Below are positions 58,184 to 64,000 of a stretch of 64,000 bases of DNA, piece after piece; within the stretch, counting starts at the first letter, position 1, and the number at the start of each line of letters is the position of its first letter. The translations under genes and the position numbers were made by a program. The DNA is taken from positions 32,001 through 96,000 of the IMG/VR virus record IMGVR_UViG_3300021962_000036; one strand, 5' to 3'. This DNA is from a virus. The notes beneath the pieces were generated by a model that made no database searches, had not been told where the DNA came from, and saw only the letters and a program-made list of their open reading frames with translations.

Positions 58184-58578
58184 TAGAATGAAAATATTTG
58201 TGGGGGTTTTGTTAGATGTTCCTGATACAGTTTTATTTCTTCTTCATCAAGAAATTGTATCATATCAGAAACTTGTTCAACTGTGAATGTAGTATCAGCG
58301 TTACCTCCTTCATCATCTGTACCTACTATAAGAGCATGACCAAACAATGGTTGTGCAGGATAGATATCAATAAAGAAAGCACCTGGAATTTTGTCAAGAG
58401 GTTTCATTAAACCTTCATCATCTACATAGATAACTTCTGATGTAGGTTCTACTGTTTGCGGATATGCAACAGTCATAATGTTACATTCAAGTAACTCATA
58501 AATGTCACTGAGTTGTGGACCTAAATCCACAATCTCAATGCATCTATTTTTTGCGTCAATTTTAATTGCTTTAACCAC
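58183..58578 (-). CDS. DUF3846-like hypothetical protein
   Basis: IYVDDEGL..LFGHALIVG pattern. Start placed at GTG 58578 to avoid overlap with the upstream gene (track start 58635). Confidence 0.6.
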   Translation of the reverse strand: MVKAIKIDAKNRCIEIVDLGPQLSDIYELLECNIMTVAYPQTVEPTSEVIYVDDEGLMKPLDKIPGAFFIDIYPAQPLFGHALIVGTDDEGGNADTTFTVEQVSDMIQFLDEEEIKLYQEHLTKPPQIFSF

Positions 58579-58588
58579 TGTATTATAT

Positions 58589-59212
58589 TTAAGGGCCAAA
58601 ATAATGATAACCAGATTCTGAAACATCTTCATCATTTCCTTCAGCTATGTTATAACATATACCTGCAAGATTTGAAATTGTGTTCTTACTCTTGTCATCT
58701 TTTTTAATAAAGTATCTTGATGTTTGCATGTATGTATAGTCTGAATTAGATTCAAAGCTTTCTACATACTTTTTAGTTGCATTAAAAACATCATCCCAAG
58801 TGTATTCAGGATATTCTTTAAAGAACCATACAAATGCAGCAACAAGTTCTTTAGGATTTGTACGAAACGCCAAGCTTGTACCAGCTTTCTTACCAGCAGG
58901 AAATAACTGATTGTATTCAGCAATCTTATCATCCCATTCAGCAAGAGCAATTGGATTTTTCTTAGCACGTTTTGCTTTGTTTAGGATGTGTTCACATTCT
59001 TTTAAAAGGTGCTCACCTGTCAGAGTTATTTTGTAAATATCATTTACACCTGTACTTTCTTTTACAAGATGTCCTGTAGTTTCAAGACGGTATTGTTCTG
59101 TCTTAAAATTCACATAGGATGGATACATGTAATTGTTAAAGGTGCAATGCAATACAAACAATCCATTAGGGCTTACCTTGTTCTTCACTAAGTAATCATA
59201 TAGATCTTTCAT
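58589..59212 (-). CDS. Hypothetical protein, possible wHTH replication initiator / helicase loader
   Basis: N-terminal wHTH-like segment (LETTGHL..YKITLTG); C-terminal YNQLFP..YTWDDVFNATKKY..YMQTSRYFI. Confidence 0.5.
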   Translation of the reverse strand: MKDLYDYLVKNKVSPNGLFVLHCTFNNYMYPSYVNFKTEQYRLETTGHLVKESTGVNDIYKITLTGEHLLKECEHILNKAKRAKKNPIALAEWDDKIAEYNQLFPAGKKAGTSLAFRTNPKELVAAFVWFFKEYPEYTWDDVFNATKKYVESFESNSDYTYMQTSRYFIKKDDKSKNTISNLAGICYNIAEGNDEDVSESGYHYFGP

Positions 59213-59231
59213 GTTGTTGGTTTTACTTTTA

Positions 59232-59263
59232 CAAAGTTAATTATCCTGCACAAGACTCACAAG
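59232..59263 (-). promoter_or_regulatory. Bacteroidota-type promoter
   Basis: On the - strand, CTTG-N20-TAACTTTG, 19 nt before the ATG at 59212. Confidence 0.55.
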
Positions 59264-60896
59264 AAAGAATGTCTCTAGCAAATTCTTGAGCAGCGTTTTG
59301 CCCCAATTGATAGTACAATGTTTTGATACCCAACTCATGGGCTTTCAGTAACAAAGTATTAATATCTCTTGTTGGCGTTTGTGGATGGATCATAAGATTC
59401 AATGACTGTCCTTGGTCAACAAATTTCTGACGCGTAGATGCTTGAATAATAATTTCCATCTGGGAGATTTCCATGAATGTTCTAAACACAAGTTTCTCAT
59501 CTTCTGATAAGAAAGATAAGTGTTGAACACTACCTGCGTTTTGCAGAATTGATTGCCAAACTTCAAAAGTATCCTGGCCTTTTTCTTCTAAGAGTGTTTT
59601 AAGATAAGGATTCTTAACAGAATGCTTAACTTTTGCAGTCTTCTTAATATAGTAATTACTAGTGTAAGGTTCTATACTTTGGGATTGTTGTCCCATGATA
59701 AAAGAAGAAGAAGTGTTTGGAGCTATTGCAGTAAGAGTAGCATGACGTCTGTCATAATTGTCAGAAGCAAGAACATCAGGTTTACCAAAGCGTGACGCCA
59801 TTTCACGACTTGCTGCCCAGCATTGATCTTGTATTGTTTTGAAAATCAAAGTATTTGCAAGTTTAGCTTGCATTGATTCAAAAGGAATCATATTACTTTG
59901 CAAGTAAGAATGATAACCAGATGCTCCAATACCAATAGCTCTATGTCTTTCTGCAAAATGTATAGCTCTACTAATAAAAGGTACGTCTCTGTACTTATTT
60001 ATAAATTCTGTAAGTACAGCATCAGCAATGTAAACAGCAATACGCACAGCGTCTGTATTTTTCCATTCATCAAACTTTACTAGGTTCATACCTACTAAGT
60101 CACATACAAAAGATTCTTCTTCTGTAGAAGGAAGTAATATTTCTGTACACATGTTAGAAGAATTTATAATAGACTTACTGTCTTTGTAAACATCAACAGT
60201 TCCATTGTTTACATTATCAGTATAGAATATGTAAGGAAAACCTGTTCTGTTTCTACTGTCAATTACCATGGCCCAAAGCTCACGTTTGTCCATGTCGCCA
60301 GCTTTCATGTCTTCAAGCCATTTGTCAGAAACACAAACACCAAAAGGAAAACGTTGAAGTTTGTGGCCCTCACCATTGATTCTTAAGAAATCTTTAATAT
60401 CACCATGATCAATGTCAAGATACGCAGCAAACTCACCACGTCTAACATTACCTTGGGAAATTACATTTTTTGTTGTGTCAAACATTTGCATAAAGTGAAC
60501 AGCTCCATAGGTTTCACCACCTGTTGAAACAGCACTACCTGCAGGGCGTAATTCACCAAAATAACCAGATGTTCCACCTCCTATTTTACAAAGCATTCCA
60601 ACTTCAGCATTGGCCTTTACAATAGATTCAATACTATCACTGACATGTGTGTTAAAACAAGAAATACCAGAACCACGACCAGTACCTACATTACTCCATA
60701 CAGGTGACGGAAGCACATAGTAACCTTTTTCAATGTAATCTTTTACTTTGTCTTTTACCTCTTCATCTTTAAATGTTTCACCAACTAAGTTAGCAATAGA
60801 ATTGATTCTATCTTCAATAGATTCATTGTTGTGAAAATACCCTCTTCCCATGAATTCTTCACTGAGGGGTGTGTACCAGTCCATTTTTGTTGTCAT
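59241..60896 (-). CDS. nrdA: Class I ribonucleotide reductase alpha subunit, short form without ATP cone
   Basis: SCF, GGGTS, NMCTE, VCDL, AIAPNTSSS, DQGQSLN, KTLYY, C-terminal CESC. Confidence 0.93.
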   Translation of the reverse strand: MTTKMDWYTPLSEEFMGRGYFHNNESIEDRINSIANLVGETFKDEEVKDKVKDYIEKGYYVLPSPVWSNVGTGRGSGISCFNTHVSDSIESIVKANAEVGMLCKIGGGTSGYFGELRPAGSAVSTGGETYGAVHFMQMFDTTKNVISQGNVRRGEFAAYLDIDHGDIKDFLRINGEGHKLQRFPFGVCVSDKWLEDMKAGDMDKRELWAMVIDSRNRTGFPYIFYTDNVNNGTVDVYKDSKSIINSSNMCTEILLPSTEEESFVCDLVGMNLVKFDEWKNTDAVRIAVYIADAVLTEFINKYRDVPFISRAIHFAERHRAIGIGASGYHSYLQSNMIPFESMQAKLANTLIFKTIQDQCWAASREMASRFGKPDVLASDNYDRRHATLTAIAPNTSSSFIMGQQSQSIEPYTSNYYIKKTAKVKHSVKNPYLKTLLEEKGQDTFEVWQSILQNAGSVQHLSFLSEDEKLVFRTFMEISQMEIIIQASTRQKFVDQGQSLNLMIHPQTPTRDINTLLLKAHELGIKTLYYQLGQNAAQEFARDILSCESCAG

Positions 60897-60897
60897 T

Positions 60898-61872
60898 TTA
60901 AAATAAGTCTTTACTTGTTATAGATTTTTGGAATTTAGTGTAGTTAGTTCCTTGTGTATTGAAAAAGTCATTACGCACATAACCATAGATAGCTTCAACC
61001 ATCCAATAAAGTTCTGCAAGTTTTTCTTGATCAATTTCAAAAAGTTCTTTACCACCAATAGCAACTAATGAATCATTAAATCTTGACTTAATAAATTCAA
61101 TAACAGCTTCTTTTGAAATACTATCAATTGCACCTTCTTCAAATATCCAGTCAATGATTTTTACTTCTGCCTCAAAAGCTTTTTTACAAGCTCTATAGAT
61201 TTTGTCATAAAAGTCTTGTCCAAACCATTCAGGATATTCCTTCTTAATAAGATTGATAACATGCATACCAAGCTGCGCATGTATAATTTCTTCTTTCATT
61301 GTTGCTTCAATAACAGTGTCTACTTCTTTCAACATGTTTTTCTTTTCAATAAAAGACTTTACAATGGCAAACTGGCTAAATAATGATACGTTCTCAATAA
61401 ACATAGAGAAGAGAGCAAGGTTTAGAGTATAGACCTGTTTAGCATTTTCTCCACTGTTTTTAAGATATTTTGTCAAGTAATCAACGCGTCCTCCAATAAC
61501 TGGATTCTGCAAGAGCATGTCAAATTCATTGTTTAATCCTAAAACTTCTAGCAACTTGCTATATGCTTCAGAGTGTACAACTTCATTTTCTGCAAATGTA
61601 ATCCCTACTGAGTTAAATTCTGGTTTTGGAATATGTTCACCAAGCTTTGACCAAAATGTTTTTACAGATACTTCTATCTGTGAGATTGCCAAAAGTGTTC
61701 TTTTGATTGCCTCTTTTTCATGAGGACTTAATTTGTGTTTGAAGTCAAAAGCATCAGAGTCAAAGTTGAACTCTTCTACATCCCAACGACTGTGTTTGAT
61801 TGCATCCCTGAACTTGATAATTTCAGGATACTCATAGGGCTTAAAAGCCACACGTTTGTCAAAAATACCCAT
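60898..61872 (-). CDS. nrdB: Class I ribonucleotide reductase beta subunit
   Basis: KPYEYP..W, QIE, ENEVVHSEAY, FIENVSLFSQF, EEIIH, DFF..TNY. Confidence 0.93.
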   Translation of the reverse strand: MGIFDKRVAFKPYEYPEIIKFRDAIKHSRWDVEEFNFDSDAFDFKHKLSPHEKEAIKRTLLAISQIEVSVKTFWSKLGEHIPKPEFNSVGITFAENEVVHSEAYSKLLEVLGLNNEFDMLLQNPVIGGRVDYLTKYLKNSGENAKQVYTLNLALFSMFIENVSLFSQFAIVKSFIEKKNMLKEVDTVIEATMKEEIIHAQLGMHVINLIKKEYPEWFGQDFYDKIYRACKKAFEAEVKIIDWIFEEGAIDSISKEAVIEFIKSRFNDSLVAIGGKELFEIDQEKLAELYWMVEAIYGYVRNDFFNTQGTNYTKFQKSITSKDLF

Positions 61873-61933
61873 AGTTGTTTATATTTGTTGTTAATTATTA
61901 ATTTTTAGTTAGTGATTACCAATACTTATTGGC

Positions 61934-61967
61934 AAAAAAACCTGGCAAAGTTATCACTTCCCAGGTT
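61934..61967 (-). terminator. Terminator-like hairpin in the nrdB leader
   Basis: - strand AACCTGGGAAGT-GATA-ACTTTGCCAGGTT followed by a T-tract; it also contains a TAACTTTG -7 box. Confidence 0.5.
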
Positions 61968-61997
61968 GTGTATAGATAAAGTCATATTCTGACTTCA

Positions 61998-62011
61998 CTT
62001 ATATAAGATAC
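61998..62011 (-). promoter_or_regulatory. Putative phage promoter motif, copy 5
   Basis: - strand GTATCTTATATAAG, pointing toward nrdB. Confidence 0.4.
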
Positions 62012-62150
62012 AAAAAACACTATTCTTTACCAAGAATAAGAGTGTTAAGTTTTGTGCTTGTTTTGATATTTCATAGAGTGCAAAGATGATAAAAATATTT
62101 GAAAAGTGATATATTAATTTGAGATTCTTTTGTGATTTCTGAATTATTCT

Positions 62151-62168
62151 GTATATTATATATGAGAG
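62151..62168 (+). promoter_or_regulatory. Putative phage promoter motif, copy 6
   Basis: GTATATTATATATGAGAG before the lysis module. Confidence 0.5.
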
Positions 62169-62215
62169 AGGTAGGGGTATAATTTATCTTATGAAAACTT
62201 ATATTCTTACATAAA

Positions 62216-62542
62216 ATGAGCACAAATAAAACAGAATACCCTAAAGAACAGGTTATTAGCATCCTTAAGGAGTGGGCTAGTCCTGCTCTAATTGGCCTTG
62301 TAGGCATGTTACTCTGGAGAGATGTAACAGAAATGCGTTCTGACGTAAAACTTTTGCTTACACAGCAAAGCGCAGATAGGGTGAAAATTGAACAGCTTGA
62401 AGATGATGTCAAGCTATTAAAAACGTATGTACTTACACCTATAAGTGCACCTTCAAAGTCAGTTCCTCCAGCAAAATCAGAAGAGAAAGTATCAGCAATG
62501 ATAAAAGATGAGGAGTACGAGCTAGTACCAAAGAAGAAGTAG
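62216..62542 (+). CDS. Membrane protein with one TM segment and a coiled coil (lysis module)
   Basis: WASPALIGLVGMLLW followed by a heptad-like segment. Confidence 0.6.
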   Translation: MSTNKTEYPKEQVISILKEWASPALIGLVGMLLWRDVTEMRSDVKLLLTQQSADRVKIEQLEDDVKLLKTYVLTPISAPSKSVPPAKSEEKVSAMIKDEEYELVPKKK

Positions 62543-62560
62543 TAACTTAAAACAAACCAA

Positions 62561-63166
62561 ATGAACCAACGTATATATTTAATTGTGATTGCTGTACTAG
62601 TGTGCATTATACTTTTACAGAGATCATGTAGCTCACCAGGAAAAGTATTTGTTCCAGGTAAAGATAAAGTAGTGTATGACACAGTTTGGAAAAATGTTGT
62701 CAAAACTCAGGTTAAAAAAGTACCTTTTATTGTAAGAGATACTGTTCCTTTACCAGGAGATAGTATTTTTATTCCAGATGCTAATTATGCCAATCTTAAA
62801 TTACAATTTGAAAATCTAGCTAAAAACTATGGCGTCAGAAATATATATCGTGATTCAGTACAAGTGGATACTCTTGGATTTATTGTCATAACAGATACAC
62901 TTCAGTACAACGCTTTAAAGTCTAGGTTCTATCAGCATAATTATAAAATACCTACAGTTACAGGATATGTACAACAAGAACAACGCAGGCAGTTGTATAT
63001 AGGAGGTGGAATTTCTATAAACAAAAGTCTTGAGTTAGCTAATCTTCAAGTAGGTTTACTTTACAAAACTAAAAAGGATCAAATTTATGGAATACAAACA
63101 GGTATCTCACAAAATTTGCAACCTTACTTTGGCGTTTCTTCATACTGGAAAATCAAATTAAAATGA
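62561..63166 (+). CDS. Putative spanin-like lysis protein
   Basis: N-terminal TM (IYLIVIAVLVCIILL), repeated DTV/DSI/DTL stalk, C-terminal amphipathic beta strands. Confidence 0.55.
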   Translation: MNQRIYLIVIAVLVCIILLQRSCSSPGKVFVPGKDKVVYDTVWKNVVKTQVKKVPFIVRDTVPLPGDSIFIPDANYANLKLQFENLAKNYGVRNIYRDSVQVDTLGFIVITDTLQYNALKSRFYQHNYKIPTVTGYVQQEQRRQLYIGGGISINKSLELANLQVGLLYKTKKDQIYGIQTGISQNLQPYFGVSSYWKIKLK

Positions 63167-63420
63167 AAAACTTATTAGGATTTTTTAAGTCAATGCTTTC
63201 AGATGAAAAAGGATCTGTTAGTTCTAAGCGTGTTGTTGGAATAATGTGTTCTATTACACTTTGTTTTACACTAGCTTATAGTTTATTCACAAAAACAAAT
63301 AACACAATATCTCCTACACTTATTGAAAGTGTAGCTTTATTAGCGTTTGGTTGTTTAGGTTTAACAAGTTTGGACAAGTTTACTTTTGGTAAAAGGTCTG
63401 AAGATAAAACAGAGATATAA
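63163..63420 (+). CDS. Putative holin
   Basis: 85 aa, SSKR followed by two TM helices, charged tail; directly upstream of the endolysin. Confidence 0.65.
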   Translation: MKNLLGFFKSMLSDEKGSVSSKRVVGIMCSITLCFTLAYSLFTKTNNTISPTLIESVALLAFGCLGLTSLDKFTFGKRSEDKTEI

Positions 63421-64000
63421 TGAATATTAAACAAGTAGCTTTTCCAATAAGTCAATACTTTCAGGAAGAGCATCCAAAGAAACAAATCTATTTACATCAC
63501 ACTGCAGGTAATGCAAGTGGTGAAGCTGTGTTTTTAGGATGGTCATCAAACTCTGAAAGAATTGCAACATGCGTTTCTATTTCTGGTATAGGTAAGAATT
63601 GTGTAGATGGTCAAATTGTACAGGGTTTTAGCTCTAAATATTGGGCATATCACCTGGGATTAAAACAAGATGTGTTTACAAAAGCTGGCGTTAAGTATCA
63701 GAGCATAGATAAGATATCAATTGGTATTGAGATTTGTAACTGGGGACAGTTAACATTAAAAGACGGTAAGTTTTACAACTATGTAAATAGAGAAGTGCCT
63801 GCTAGTGAGGTTTGTACACTTGAAAAACCTTACAAAGGATTCAAATACTACCATAACTATACAGACGCACAGATTGCTAGTGTAAAAGAATTATTACTTT
63901 TATGGAAGGAAACTTACAAAATTCCCTTATCTTATAATGAAGACATTTGGGACATCAGTAAAAGAGCTTTGTCTGGTGAACCTGGAGTTTACACTCATAA
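63420..64000 (+). CDS. N-acetylmuramoyl-L-alanine amidase endolysin, 3'-truncated (not in ORF track)
   Basis: Own translation MNIKQVAF..QIYLHHTAG..WAYHLG..SIGIEICNWG..YTDAQIASV..GVYTH matches the Amidase_2 pattern; TAATG overlap with the holin. Confidence 0.88.
   Translation, partial: MNIKQVAFPISQYFQEEHPKKQIYLHHTAGNASGEAVFLGWSSNSERIATCVSISGIGKNCVDGQIVQGFSSKYWAYHLGLKQDVFTKAGVKYQSIDKISIGIEICNWGQLTLKDGKFYNYVNREVPASEVCTLEKPYKGFKYYHNYTDAQIASVKELLLLWKETYKIPLSYNEDIWDISKRALSGEPGVYTH

Larger units (their letters stand above)
1..64000. mobile_element. Segment of a large crAss-like (phi14:2-type) bacteriophage genome, probable Bacteroidota host
   Basis: Gene order IHF-like, ring proteins, muzzle, cargo proteins, giant virion RNAP (DFDVD), tail fibres matches the crAss-like tail/RNAP block. 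Also nrdAB, thyX and a lysis module; no host housekeeping genes. Standard genetic code gives long ORFs. Confidence 0.88.

Noticed and set aside
58579-58635. Track N-terminal extension MMKMFQNLVIIILALK as a signal peptide
   Set aside because: It overlaps the end of the upstream gene; the GTG at 58578 is a more plausible start.
1496-61723. Many 60-115 aa alternative-frame and antisense ORFs in the track
   Set aside because: All are nested in long genes, with Leu/Ser/Phe-rich compositions typical of shadow frames.
62071-62703. 210-aa minus-strand ORF
   Set aside because: Antisense shadow of two well-formed lysis genes; no recognisable motif.
1-64000. Stop-codon reassignment as seen in some crAss-like phages
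   Set aside because: The standard code gives dense, uninterrupted ORFs up to 11 kb.
1-64000. CRISPR array, tRNA, rRNA, intron, intein or DGR
   Set aside because: No regularly spaced DNA repeats, cloverleafs, split genes or reverse transcriptase seen; intergenic gaps are short. Not confirmed by software.

Overview
The whole window reads as a segment of a large AT-rich bacteriophage genome of the crAss-like / phi14:2-like type, most likely infecting a Bacteroidota host. The host inference rests on TTTG-N19-TAnnTTTG promoters and A-rich leaders without Shine-Dalgarno sites. The + strand (1-57275) is a virion block: Cys-rich FN3/thrombospondin-type proteins, a metallophosphoesterase, an IHF-like protein, tail ring proteins, a muzzle protein with a VWA insert, GG-punctuated cargo proteins, three giant ejection proteins including a 3773-aa virion RNA polymerase (DFDVD), and two S74-chaperoned tail fibres. 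A convergent - strand operon (nrdB, nrdA, replication-type protein, DUF3846-like, thyX, Fis-like HTH) and a divergent lysis module follow. Four observations stand out. (1) The three giant ejection proteins (7216 aa) contain only four cysteines, all at adjoining termini, which suggests a head-to-tail disulfide chain. (2) A cargo protein is split by about 20 [hydrophobic/K/A]xxGG motifs into small modules, suggesting a cleaved polyprotein. (3) YCGR tetramers appear to be completely absent. (4) A phage protein carries eukaryote-type TSP1 repeats. All family assignments come from motif recognition by eye; no searches were run.
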